From Mytilus trossulus (taxonomy: Eukaryota), in NCBI RefSeq assembly GCF_036588685.1, contig NC_086376.1, positions 36,146,001-36,210,000 of the forward strand: a stretch of DNA of 64,000 nt, in the 5' to 3' direction. Position numbers and translations under genes: made by a program. Under the pieces are notes generated by a model. That model did no database searches. It was not told the DNA's origin and worked only from the letters and a program-made list of their open reading frames with translations. Below are positions 12,101 to 27,100 of this stretch, piece by piece. The first letter of the stretch is position 1, and each line of letters opens with the position of its first letter.

Positions 12101-15100
12101 ACTATAGAAATTTTTAGAATATTGTGTAAATCATCAACTCTCGATTGTAACAAACGCTTTAATTATTTGAATTTATCATAACATTTGTATTTCTATGTGT
12201 TCTCTAATGGACATTCCTTGATATTTGATGTCCTGGCTTTGCCTATCTTTGTATACAAAGCCTATTGAAAATATTTTATTTGTTGAGCATTTGAATTCTT
12301 GATTCATCGGTTTCCGCGAATATTGGTATTCTACGAATAATATTGAATCCACAGTATCTCTTTTAATTTAGTGAAGGTTATCAATGGCTGGGTTGAATCA
12401 TCCAATAATCTACTAATTCTTTTTAGTTTTTCATCGTTTTTGTTGTTGCTGATTCAGATGAGTTTTAAGATTAAAATTCTTAAACAGTTCAGGAAAGTAA
12501 GAGATAAATAAAATAATATATATATACAGCATACCTAAACTAATGGTAATGTTCTCTGCTTCTGGTTTAAAGCCAAGTTCAGGATCATCTATACAAATAT
12601 ACAAGTTATTTTATTAATATAATGAAATATTTTCTTAGGATAAAAGAATTCAAAATATGTTCCTTTCCACAGTAATTTATTTAAGATATAAATTAATATT
12701 TAAACAATGAAATCAGAAAAAGGAACCAGTGTTATTTTTAAGTTGATGATAATGATGAAAGGTTGTTTATTATCGAATGAAATGCATTATCAGGTGATGA
12801 AAATAACTAGAGGCTCTAAAGAGCCTGTGTCGCTCACCTTCAGTCAGAGATATAACTCTATAGGGTTATTACAGAAAATAACTTGCGTGTGTTATTACAG
12901 ATACTTTTCCTTAAATTTTCTAAATCTGTAATAACATATGTTTGTTATTTGTAAAATTCTTTAATCTATAGTGGACTCTAGGGAACTCTTGAGACTTTGC
13001 GCAGAAACTAAATGCATAGCCTTGCTAATTAATTTTTAAATGGAATTAATACATTTTTGATTAACCATGGTTAATCAATGAGACAAGGATATTTAGGAAT
13101 TAACTTAGCTGTGATAACAAGGCTTAGTTATTATAGGAATGTAACTTATTATATAAGACACTTGGGAATTACTGAGAAACTTGCGCAGAACCTCATTACA
13201 TGCTCTGGTCATTATTTCTTACAATAAATTAAAATACATTGTAATTAAGCATGATTTATGTCTGAGCAAATGCTTTGAAGTGATATAGAGAAGCTGTGAT
13301 AACACCCTTTAGTTATTACAGGCATATTTTTTCTGTAATAACATATAGGTGTACTATTCAAAATTGGAATACTATGAACTGTTACATCTTTCAATAGTTA
13401 AGTATACATAAAGAAAATAGTAATATCAATAGAACTTGTATACATTTTAACTAAACTTATGAAGTATATTGTCCCTTTGAAACATGTAACATACATATGT
13501 TATCACATTTCTTTGATTTTTTAATCCACAATAACAAATGTATGTTATTTTCCTGTAATAACCCTATAGAGTTATATCCCTGACTGACCTTGGTCTATGT
13601 GAATATTAAACAAAGGAAGCAGATGGATTCATGACAAAATTATGTTTTGGTGATGGTGATGTGTTTGTACATCTTACTTTACTAAGGGCTGTTCCAAAAA
13701 ATACTATGTCCCCCCCAAGGAAGGCATTTTTTTTTAAATATTATGTGGGTGGTTGTATTTGAAATACCAAAATGCAAAGGGAGTGCTGTTCTAATTAAAT
13801 TTTATTTCTGTGGGTGGTGGGGGTTAAAAAAAAAAGTGCCGTCCCTGGGGGGGACATAGTATTTTCTGGAACAGCCCTAAACAGTCTTGCTGCTTACAAT
13901 TATCTCTATCAATAATGAACTTGGCCAAGTAGTTTCAGTGGAAAATGATGATAAAAATTTACAAATTTTATGAAAATTGTTAAAAATTGACTATAAAGGA
14001 TAATAACTCCTTAGGGGGTCAATTGACCATTTCAGTCGTTTTACTTATTTGTAAATCTTACTTTGCTGAACATTATTCCTGTATTCAGTTTATCTCTATC
14101 TATAATAATATTCAAGATAATAACCAAAAACAGAAAAAATTCCTTAAAATTACCAATTCAGGGGCAGCAACCCAACAACAAAATGTCCAATTCATCTGAA
14201 AATTTCAGGGCAGATGGATCTTGACCTGATAAACAATTTTATTCCTGTCAGATTTGCTCTAAATGCTTTGGTTTTTTGAGTTATTAGCCAAATCCTGCAT
14301 TTTACCCCTATGTTCTATTTTTAGCCAAGGCGGCCATCTTGGTTGGTTAGCCAGGTCACCGGACACATTTTTTAAACTAGATACCCCAATGATGATTGTG
14401 GCCAAGTTTGGTTTAATTTGGCCCAGTAGTTTCAGAGGAGAAGATTTTTGTAAAAGTTAACAACGACGACGGATGATGGACGCAAAGTGATGGGAAAAGC
14501 TCACTTGGCCCTTTGGGCCAGGTGAGCTAATAATATGATGGGATTAGAGCTAGGGTTTGTACAAAATCATAGTACGTCACATCAAGTTGCATATGAAAAA
14601 GAGTCCAAAAAATATTCCCTTGAATAAGACAGTTGTATAGGAAATTAATCCTATGTTTCATTGCAGTAAAATAATTTCTGTGTCATAAATATACATCTTT
14701 AGCGTTTCAAAGCACCATTCTTTTTTATTTGTTTTTTCTATAGAATATTTTGGAAACTTGATGTTAAATGCATGAGTTTACTAAAGCTTGAACACAGGGA
14801 AAAAGGGATGGCAATTTAATCGGTTAGTTTCCAGTGACTGGGAAATAAATGGGTCATCAAAATACACATCTTACCATAATAGGGTATAGGATCAATGGGG
14901 TATAACCATGTTGGTCTAGGAGGTGGTGTGTATGGATCAAGTAACATGTCCTCTGGTAAACTGTCAAAGTTTACAGCATCATGACTTTTGAAATGATGTG
15001 TAACATGTGTATGATGCACCATATGTGACTTGGATAAAACCTGAAATATAAAATTACAATAATTATTAAAACTGATCATTAATAGGTCATTTCCTCTTCT

Positions 15101-18100
15101 TGATATTCCTTCGTAAAAGTTAAATAAGACTGAATTTAAGTCCTCATTGTAATGTTCTGTCAAAATAAGTTAAATAAGACTGAATTATGATATTAAGAAA
15201 GTCAAAAGACTAAAGGAAATTATTGTGTTCCTCCATTTATAAAGGGCATAACTCTTTAATGGTGACTTTCTGTTAAAATTTGAACTTTGTCTGCAAGGAG
15301 CAGCAGGGCATACAAATCTGAACTAAAATGTAAAATAACTGTACAAAAAAGAATGTGTAATGAGTATAAGATAAGCAACTTACCTGTACAAAAAACTTGT
15401 ACCGAGTGTCCAGTGGTGTGGAATATAAGACCTCTAAATCAAAAGTGGATCCACATTTAACTTTGTTTTCCACTGATGGTATGTGGATATAACTATTAGA
15501 TGGAGAGAACCATTTCTTAGCATTGTGGTAAGAACTTGGCTCGTACATCTTAATAATATGATGATATCTGCCATATGGTTGGAAGTACTTGGGTGCCCTT
15601 GCCTACAATAATTTTACATGTGAAAAAAGTAGTCATACAAAATTTTATTATTGTATAAAGTAGATTTATGTACCAAACATAAGTTTTTTCTTAAAAAAAA
15701 AATATATGTTGTTGATACAGAAATTTTCATATCAGTGATATGAAATAAGCAGACGGTCACTTACTTTGGTATTATTAAACTGATCTGTTACCTAGTTGGT
15801 AGTGAAAGACATTTAAAATTGATGACATACAAGCTTAAAGCATTAGTTTTACTTGTATTGATATTTTGTGATATTTTTCTACCAAGGACCATACTGTCAC
15901 ATGCATACAGACTTCATTACAAATTTTAGAATGCTTTTCACCGATTTTATGTGTTGTTTTTTTTAAATTATCACCTCCTTTGAAATAATTTAATCAGTAA
16001 TGTTTCAGAAAATAAAAGAGATAAATGCAGTATTTTTTTTCTTTATGTTACATGTCAAAGAGCCAAAGTTGTATGCCAAATTTTACCACAATCTGTTACA
16101 CACCCCATTTACTGTGTTCCATTACAATATAGTAAGTACAGCTGTTGTTTATAGTTGGATAAAATCCTTTGCAGACAAAAAAATGACAAAAAACTTACAT
16201 TAAAACTTAGTCTATTAACATCTTTTGGTAAAGTTTTTATAGCAAACTTCACAAGTCCATCATCATCACTGGTAAAATTTCTCTTCAGATAAAACTCTGG
16301 ATCATAATTATCGGCTTTTATCTCAATAAGTTCTCCGGGGGCAGGACTTCCATCAGGCTTAGTTACTTTTACCTAAATAAATAAAACACATAAAACTATT
16401 ATATTACGTCAATAAATTTCTGGAAGTGTTCATGGATAGTATGTTTAGAATGTTATGATCAAAGTACTATATTTTGTGTATCAAAAAAGGTAGTGATCAG
16501 CCTTGGAACATTTAGATATCAAGTCAGTCCCATAAGGTTTTGATTGCATTTTATGCAATCTTTACCTAAAAACTGAGTAACTCAAAGAATATCACATCCC
16601 TTTATGGAGAATTTGTATTTAGTAGGACCAAAAACTTAACGAGAAATGAGTTCATGGATGCCTGTCACCTAAACCCCTGGAACAAAAAAAGAAAATACAA
16701 AAAAAAACAACATCCAAGTTTTTTAAACCATGCTATTTGCAAAATGAAAACTAAGTTCTAAGAAACATGGAATATCTTAGGCACATTATGTTAAAGGAAT
16801 TAGACTGTTCTCATTAGGCCATTTGTCTTTCCTTACAAATTGTTTCAGACTCTGTTCAATAATTACTAGAACACACCCGCTAAATCGCGAGCAAATAAAG
16901 CTTGTAAACTGTTGTAGGATGATTTTTTGTAAAAGATATTTTGACTGGAGAATTTCATATAAGGTATCAAAAAGCCGTCCGTTATGTGTTTCCTTTCTGT
17001 TAAATTCGATTATTTTTTTGTGTTTCTGGCCTTATGCCACAATTATTCTTTCTCTTTGGTACAATGCATTTTTTGGTAAAAGTCAAATTAAATTAAAAAT
17101 TTGCACCGCTTCAAACATGAAACAAATGAAACTGCTCAAGTTATATACCATTATTATTAGATAATAAAATGTGCTTGTAGAACAATACATCAGTGCTTAC
17201 CTTTTGAAAGCCCTATTAACATGCCAATGGTAGGATTTGAATCTCGTATAAATGACTAACGCTCATTTGAGGGATGCTCTGAGGGGGCCTGATTCTGAAA
17301 TCCCGGGCTTAAAAACATGAAATCTCGAGGTGCGTATTGTAACGAAATTCATATCCCGTCATCCCGAAAGAATAAAAAATATTCCCGCATCCCGTAAAAA
17401 TCAGTTCCGAAATCCCGAGCTTAAAAGCACCAGATCCCGACGTTCCAAATAAGTCTTGTCTCCCGCTTATCTCTACCCTACTTTCATTTTGGCCAAATCA
17501 CTACTTTCACTTTCAACAATAAATTTGTATGCCCCATCTATGGGCATTATGTTTTCTAGTCTGTTCCTCCGTTCGTTTGTTAGTCCGTCCTTCTGTCCGG
17601 CTTCAGGTTAAAGTTTTTACTCTCAACAATAAATTTTCATGCCCCATTTATGGGAATTATTTTTTCTAGTTTGTTCTTCCGTCCGTCTGTCCCGCTTCAG
17701 GTTAAAGTTTTTGTCGAGGTAGTTTTTGATGAATTTGAAGTTCAACCAACTCGAAACTTAGTAAATATGTTCCTTATGATAATATGATCTTTCTAATGTT
17801 AATGCCAAATTAGAGATTTTACCCCATTTCACGGTCAAAACATAGCAAATGATAGTGCCGATCGGATGTGGCATCTGTATACTATGGACACATTCTTGTT
17901 TTTCATAGGGCCTGTGTCGTTATTTAAGAGACGATAAGTGAATGACAAAATTATTGTGTTTATTTTCACACGGCCTGGGTCGTTGCTTACAGTTGGGATT
18001 ACGAAAGTGGCTTGCATGAATCTTAAATAAACATGATAATATAGGCTATGCCTTTGTCGTTATTTACGTGACGATAAGTGTATGACAAAAATGATTGTGT

Positions 18101-21100
18101 TTATTTTCACACGGCCTGGGTCGTTGCTTACACTCGGGACAACATATAACGATTCAGGCAATGTGAAAATGGCTTGCATGAATCTTAAATAAAACATGAT
18201 AATATAGGCTATGCTTGTGTCGTTATTTACGTGACAAAAAAAAACATGATAATTTAGGCTATGCCTGTGTCGTTATTTACGTGACGATAAGTGAATGACA
18301 AAAATGATTGTGTTTATTTTCACACAGCCTGGGTCGCTGCTTACACTTGGGACAACATATAACGATTTAGTCAATGTGAAAATGGCTTGCATGAATCTTA
18401 AATAAAACAGGATAATATAAGCTATGCGTTTATTACGTGACGATAAGTGAATTACAAAAAATGTTTTTTTTATTTTCACACGGCCTGGGTTGATGTTTAC
18501 ACTTGGGACAACATTCTTATATAACGATTCAGGCAATGATAATATAGGGTTTGTAGTAATGTAAATTTACAAAAATAAACGGAAGAGGAAGTTATCTATG
18601 AATAAAAGCCGGGGTGATGACGGACACATATCCGGACTTCTTTTTTTTCCGTTTTTCTCCCAAAATAACCGAAACTGAATAATCATAAGAATGGATGACA
18701 AATGCGACTATGCATGGTACCTATAGGACATACAGTCACAATGATCAATCTATTGAGAAAGGAGGAGAAGCGACACCAAAAATGAGGTCTTCTCGTTTAA
18801 TAGTATAGATACAGAATGTAAGTTGAGCATAACACAATTACTAATGCACCTAACAAATGTTAACATGACTTACTCTAGCATAATAAGGGAATGCATCCTT
18901 AAAATATCCATGTGTGTCATCTTCAAATTTCAGTTTGAGAGCTTCAAATGTCATTTCTGGTCCCTTCACTGTCCCATTCAGTGATATACCTATAAATAAG
19001 AATAAAGAATACTTTACAGTATCTCATCACAAGGAAGTTAATTCTGTCAACTCATAGCTGTGGATTGTTATCCATTTCCAGTAAGGAAAGATATTTCTTT
19101 AATTACACTATACAGATTGATATAAATATTTTATATGAAGAATTTCTAGCTTGCAGATCCAGGTGAAATAAAATTAAGGGGAAATAGCCATTTATAATTC
19201 TGGGTTGAAATGATATTTAGTCTGCCACACACGGATGATAAGTTTCACTCAGATCTGAGCTTTTTTGTGAGTAATGTGTTCACTGTATATACATCTAGAC
19301 TATAATAAGATTCATCTATCAAGTCAATAAGAAGAAAATAATATTGTATTAGATAACCAGTCTTATAATATCTGTCTACCTGAAGTTTGTCTGACAGCAG
19401 CACATAAATAACCTTCTATCCTTTTTATACATACCTAGAGTCTCATCCGAGTTATACATACCTGTAGCCTGCTCTGTGACTGTAGCATTGATCATCAAGT
19501 TTCCATATCTACTGAAGTTGGAGGAATCTAACATAAGTTCTGAACCTTCTACCATATATGTCTCACAGCCATCAATCTGTAAAACAGGATTTAGAACAAC
19601 TTGACAAATTTGTATTTTTTTGGTATAGGTGCAAAAATTGTGGACAGAAAGAAGGAAGAAGCTTCCTGGTGTCAATATAGTCATTATGCATCTCACATTA
19701 TACTTAAAGTCATAAGAAACGAGTGACCGGAGAAAATTAATGTTCTTCCAATTCTTAAACCAATGCATACAAACATCATAAACTTAGTCTTCTGTGCTCG
19801 AATTTATCATTTTTTTCGTGTAAATTTCGTATAATCGTCAATTTTTTTTTCAATCGGTCAGTGTTGTTGTGAAAATATGGCAGGTAATTAAAGTTCGTGT
19901 TTTGAAGCCGAAGTTTAACGATTGTCACCTGTTTGTCAACAATTGACGAAAAATAAACAAAAAAGCATGGAATTTGAGCACGTGTTTAACATGTAAATTC
20001 AGAAAATAGTTTATTTTAAGGACATCCATGCGTATTGTGGTCACCAGATTTTTACGAGATGGGTCACACTGAGGTCACCTTGAATACGGAAAATATATCG
20101 GGGGAATTGTTTGCTGGAAGGAAGCAATTCAAATAAAGTAAACTTCTTCTAAATATGAATAAATTAAAGACTTTTCTTAAGAAAAAAGTATATGAACATA
20201 AGTTTTACAATGAAAACTATCCATTGAGTTATAAAAAACATATGCATTATTTTTTTTGATTTGAGGTTTCTAATGACTTTAATCAAATATTGAAATAATC
20301 ATGAGAGTTTTTTTTCTAATCAGTATGGGTAATTGCTGTTTTTCTTGTATTTTACAGTTTTTTTTATCTGTTTGGTCATACAATCAGGCATGGTTACCTT
20401 TTCGGGCATCTCATATTATTTACCTTTTTCAAGAAAATATTCTAAATGGTGTAAAACCATTGTCAAAATAGAAAAAAATACTTTTATTGTCTAAAGTTGT
20501 CAAGATAAATAGGAGATAGTGTGTTTCTTTTTATTAATTTTTTTTCAAAGGTCTCTCATGTTTCATAATAATTTACTATAATCATGAAACTGTTTTTTGT
20601 AAAAATTTGCACTAAAATCAAAACCAAAACTTGTGCACATGTACAAATATTCTACCCACATGAAATTGATAACATTAAAACTGGAAAATTGTAAAGCAGG
20701 TAATACATACTATACAATATAATACAATATTTTTATTGTCAATCAATGATGCTGTAAGAGGGCAGTATAATTACAAACAATTTATTACAATGATTAACAC
20801 AAAAGAAAAATTAAAACCCCAGATAATGTATCTTATGATTGGCTGACATTGTTTTGTTTATCATCTCATAGTAGTGTTGGATAATCGGTTGAAATTACCA
20901 ACCCATTATCTATTACAATCAGTTGACAGCAACCAACCGACTATCGGTTATAATCGGATCATAATACCTTGCCCTTTTTTCTTAAAGGAAATCATGCATT
21001 TAGTCTCATTGTACTTGTCAAATGTGTATATTCCATATCATTGCAGAGTTTATATTTTCATATTTGATTTTTTGTTTCCTTTCAATATTCTGGCATACGG

Positions 21101-24100
21101 TCTACTAAATTATAATTCTGGTACCTTTGATAATTATCTATTCAGCAGTTAAAACAATGAATTAATAAGAATCAAGATTCATATTGAACCTATTTTATCT
21201 CATAATTACAACATTAAATACCAACAGTGACACTAACATTTCTAAATTTCAATGGTGTAACTCAGAAAAAAATTTCAATAACATAGCTGTATGAACATTT
21301 GAAGAACTTTTAGAAATTTAAAATTAACAGAAAAAAATAAAACAATGCATTTGTATTATAACATGTAACAAACATGGGTATTAAGCCAATGTCTGTTAAT
21401 TCGTGTAGAACACTTTTATTACTTTTGTAATCATTATTTTCTTTCAATTGTGTCATTCGTGCGTCTGAACTTATTATTGCAAGAATGCGTAATTTTTACA
21501 TAGTTGCACCGTATCCGATTCGTGATTCTTATATTCATAAATGGCGGACAAATTTCAGAAAATTTACAAAAGTAAACGATGTTTGGCAAGCAATTTGGAA
21601 AGGAATATGACGTTTTTGATGCTACAAATGGATAACACATTAATAAAAGGCAACTTGCAACACGTTCTAATGAAGCAACGAAATTATTTTGTCTAAAATC
21701 AGAACTATTCGTACGCTCTCAAGTAACAAGTACAGGTTTTGAAAGAAAGTATTTCATACAAAGTTATAAATCTTAGATAACATTCCATCAATCTGCAAAT
21801 GCTTTTGTCACGTTCATAAAGAAGGAAATTGGTTATTTCTTTAATTATTGGATGTTTGACATTGTTACTGTCATCAACTGATATTTTTTGTTAATATTGT
21901 TTGACTGCGCATATAAAATGCAAACAGTAAACGGACTGGAAGTTGATAAGCTCAAAGTCCGAAAACTTTAACGACAATGGATTGAACAAAATCCCAATCG
22001 ATTATCGACATCACCAGCCCCAACCAACTGATTTCCAACTTATTCCGATCATCGGAACAACACTATCTCATAGACATAATTTAGTCATGTGACCGTGATG
22101 TCATCAATGTTTTTTCATGGTTTACTCCGGTTTAAGTTGGTATTTAGAATTAAATTATAGAAAACAAGTAACTGCGAGCTACTGCTCACTGATGATACCC
22201 CCGCCGCAAGTGGATAATATTAATAGTGTAAAAATATGCAAGTGTTCTGTAAACAGGAAGTTGTCAAGTGATCAATCTGAAAACGCATTACATGGTATAG
22301 CTGACTTAAATAAACCCTGAAACCAAATTTCAGAAATCCTTGTATTGTAGTTCCTGAGAAAAATGCGACGAAAAATATTCATGGGACGGACGGACGGACG
22401 GACAGACAGGTAAAACAGTATACCCCTCTTTTTTAAAGCGGGGGTATAATAATAACTGTATTATTTTTTTGTCTATTTGAAATAACATAATGTTATTTCG
22501 AATAGACAAAAAAGTTACATAAAAAAATATGGTACACACTTGAAAGTAACCCGCTACATGTGTTATTCAGTGTGCATCATATTTTTAATGTTATTTCTTC
22601 ATAGACAGAAAAAAAATTACAGTTATTCCTTAAATTATTTTCAGCTGTCTTTGAATACCATTAATTGTGCCATAAAATTCAAACTTGGCTATGAATGATT
22701 GACTGGGTCAGTAAATTGGCATTATTTATCCCTCTCAGCCCAGTGGCTGATCCTCTCAGCCCAGTGGCTGATTGTTAAATAACATAGATGTTTTAGAACT
22801 TCAAGATTCTCATAACCCATAAGCCTATAATGTAAAAGCTTGTCAATATATTCTTGTCTAGATTTTAAAGAAACTCACATCCATTATTCTTGTGGCACAT
22901 GGTCTCTCTGAATTATCACTGCTGCGGTAATAATAAAAGGATGGACCGCTATCTTGGAAACAAACAGATAATTCTACTTTCCCTTTCACTGGTTTGCCAT
23001 ATGTGTACCTAAATATAAAGTAACATACATAAGTTTTGTTTTAACATCTTTAAAACAACATGTTCAATGTAATAAAATGGTTGAAACTCAGTAATGAAAT
23101 TTCCGTTTTAGTATTACAGAAACATATTTTTCAATGAAAAAACTAAAATAGAATGGTGAAAATGTCCATGGGCTACCGATGATGCCCATGCTTGCATTTA
23201 ACCTTATAAAGGGACATAACTCAAGAACAATAATAGTAACACTATCCAAATTCATACCTGATCTGAGTTTTGCACTTGTAAAGGGACATAACAATAGATA
23301 GTTAAAATAACACCACTCAAATTCAAGCTTGATCTGTGTTTTGAACTAAAGCATTGTGAATAAGTTTCATAACATTTAGTTGAGCAAATCAAATAAGAGA
23401 GTTCACAGAAATAAAAAAAAAGTCTACCATCTTTCTATTTGTAAAGGAGCATAACTCTTGAAAGATAAAAATGACACCACCCAAAATTCAAACTTGATCT
23501 GCGATTTGTGGTGATAAGAATTGTGTGTAAGTTTCATAACATTTGGTAGTGGCAAACTAAAGTTATGGACTTACAGTAAACAGACTGATGGACGGACAGA
23601 CAGACGAGGGTTAAACTTAAAGCCCCCTCAGCTATGACAAGGGCATACATATCAATGAAAACCCTATTAATTTTTCAATGAAAGTCTGAAAAGGTTACTT
23701 AATGAAGTCAATACTCACTTGGCACAAACTGTTCCTTGAATAGTTTCAGTTGTAGGTAATAGAAATGTTGGAGCTGTGATTGTGACTTCATATTTGGGCA
23801 ACACTAAAATAAAAATATACAAAATCAATTGTGATTTAAAAAATTACTCATGAGTTTCCGACTGCCCATTCTAAAGATTGAAATTAAAGCATTTCTTTAA
23901 TGTCAATTTTATATCATAAGTATAGCAAAACCACATAAAAATTATACCAAATCCACAACTTATAACTATAGGAAGCAGATGCAGAAGATTATGATTTAAA
24001 TACCAAATTTCAACAGCATATTATTATCTTCTGCATCTGATGGAATGATTTAAGATAATAAGTCAACACCCTCAAGTGTGTAATTTGGCAATCATACATT

Positions 24101-27100
24101 CTCTTATTTTATATGTAATGTCAATTATTTAGAATCAAAAAGTGTTGTACCATGCACATACCTCCTCCCTCATTAATACAGTATCTTTAATTCTTACCAT
24201 ATTCCTGAACTGTGAATGGTTGAACATGTTCCTTTCCTTCAACTAACAAAGTAATCTTCCATTCTCCTAAAGGTGGATCTTCTGACAAAGGCATCTCAAA
24301 ACTTAATAATCCTTCAGAAAAATAAAACATGATGATTTAAAACATGAGACAGCAATCTTGTGTGTGATATGTGAAACCAATCTCTTATCATGCTCACGAG
24401 ATATGCTTTATACATATGTGACCACTAACAATTTATTGTGTGGTTTGTTAGCCATTAACCATTTTTATACATATGCAACCAATCTCTAATGAGATTTATT
24501 TATACATATGCTAGCAATCTCTAATGAGATTTTTTATATACATATGCTACCAATCTCTAATGAGATTTTTTTTTATACATATGCTACAATATGTTGTGTA
24601 ATAAGTATAACCAATTTCTATTGATGTTCAATGCATGTGACAACTATCTCTTGTATATGTGTCACCAATCTCTAATGAGATCTGTTAGACATATGTGAGA
24701 ATAATTTCTTTGTTGTTTCATATATGTATACATGCACGACGCATTTTATTTTTGATATAGGTAAAATGTATATGTAATATCATTAAATGTTAAAAGCAAC
24801 CTGTTTGGTGCCATCCCTGCATTAGATGTTGGATATTTATAGATTATCATTGATCTCTCAATAAGACTGGTTTTCTTGCTTGAGCCAGTACAGTGAAAGC
24901 GAGAAAAGCAATCGAGTTGAGATGACCAATGTGAATCATAATCTGTATATCACTATTTTATCATGCCGCCTTAGTTTCTAGCGATAATTCCATCTCAAGA
25001 GAGGAGCATGATATGAAAAATTATCACAAAATAAGATCAAATAGAAAATTGCACAAAATAGCAATAATAAGTCTAAAACAAGTATTTTCAAAGTTTACAG
25101 CATAACTATCAACTCTTGTAGTTGAAATTTTATTTCCCGATTTTATCAACCAGTGTATATGAGAACAATAAACATAAAAGAGAACCTAACTAAAAGAAAA
25201 TAATTATACATAATCAAACTGTCTTTATTTTTCCTACAATTGTAACTATATATATACACTAGGCTATATCTTAATATACTACTTAAAGGAAAAAAGCTGT
25301 TTATATTCTATATCAGTTTTTAATGTTTTCAAAATTAAAAGTATATGTACATGTACCCTTTATACAAGGTTTAAGCATGTGACTTATCACAAAATTGTAT
25401 AACATTAACTTTTTTTTCTCAAATAAATGCCTTTTTTCAAAATATTTCATACCTTTATTATTTTCTACATTTAACCACTGCATTACACGGACATCACCAG
25501 GATTCTTCACTGTAACTAAAGGCAGCTAAAAATATGTCAAAGGAAATAATTAGCATAAAAGCTTTCAAAGTGTAATCTTCCAAAACCATTAGAATGGGCA
25601 AGGCAATCTAGATTTTCAGTCCTGGATAGTGTAAAATTTGATATAAAAAAACTAGAGGCTCTATGAGCCTGTGTCACTCACCCTGGTCTATGAGCATATT
25701 AAACAAAGGACACAGATGGATTCATGACAAAATTGTGTTTTGCTGATGGTGATGTGTTTGTAGATCTTACTTTGCTGAACATTCTTGGTGCTTACAATTT
25801 TCTCTATCTATAATAAACTTGGCCCTTTAGATGTAAAATTTACAAAAAATTACCAAATTAGTGAAAATTGTTAAAAAATTACTATAATCATGATAACTCC
25901 TTAAGGTCATTTTGGTCATATTGGCTTATTTGTAGATCTAAATTTGCGGAACATTAGTGCTGTTTACAGTTTATCTCTATCTATAATAGTATTCAAGATA
26001 ATAACCAAAAACGGCAAAATTTCTTTAAAAATTACCAATTTGGGGGCAGTAACCCTACAACCAGTTGTCCAATTCATCTGAAAATTTCAGGGCAGATATG
26101 TATTGACTTGAATGACAATCGAAACCCTTTGTCAGATTTGCTCTAAATGCTTTGGTTTCAGAGATATAAGCCAAAATCTACATTTTACCCCTATGTTCTA
26201 GTTTTAGCCATGACGGCCATCTTGATTGGTTGGCCGGGTAACCAGACATATTTTTCAAACTAGATACCCTAATGATGATTGTTGCCAAGTTTGGTTAAAT
26301 TTGGCCCAGTAGTTTCAGGAAAAGATTTTTGTAAAAGTTAACGACGACGGATGACGGACGCCAAATGATGGGAAAAGCTCACTTGAGCTAATAAAAAGAA
26401 GACATTTTAATGATCAGTATTTAAATATATTTCTTTATTCTGCAATATAATTATAATTTGCCATAAAAAGTGTAGACAACCCCCCAATCTTGAAATTTAT
26501 CACATTAAAGGAATTGAAGAAAAGACATGAAAGACATGAAAGATGGATAAACTGTATGAAAGATATCAAGTAATAACATTTGATAAGAATATTGGATTAT
26601 TACATTCATTTACTATGAAAAAACTATAAAACTACTGTTGCATGTTCTTTTTTTCAACAAACAATTACTATAAAGCACCCCCACCACATTCTGTATGTAA
26701 GTGCCATTGTCCCAAGTCAGGAGCCTGTTATTTGGATTGTAGTTGGTTGCTATGTTACAAATTTATTTTCCATTTATCATTTTGCACATAAAGTAGACCT
26801 TTAGTTTTCTGGTTTTCTTTTTTTCTTTCATAAATTTGCCTTTTCCGGACATTTAAAAGATGACTATGTGGTATGGTCATTGCTCAATCATTGTTGAAGG
26901 TCTTACTGTGACCTTAAGTTGTAAATTTCTGTGTCATTAGATCTATTGTGAAGAGTTGTCTCATTGGCAATCATACCACATCTTCTTTTTTATATTTACA
27001 TGTATGCTATATCATGTATATCCTCATCACCCAACTGTACACGCTTGAGAAAACATAATTTAAATTATTCCAGCTGTCATCAGTGACCAACTGACCAAAG

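Larger units (their letters stand above)
12806..14531 (+). mobile_element. HINE-like element carrying two nested MITEs; uninterrupted copy at ~25650-26392
   Basis: actagaggctct...gctcacct start, ggccctttgggcc hairpin and aggtgagcta end; colinear with 25650-26392 once the inserts are removed. Confidence 0.8.
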
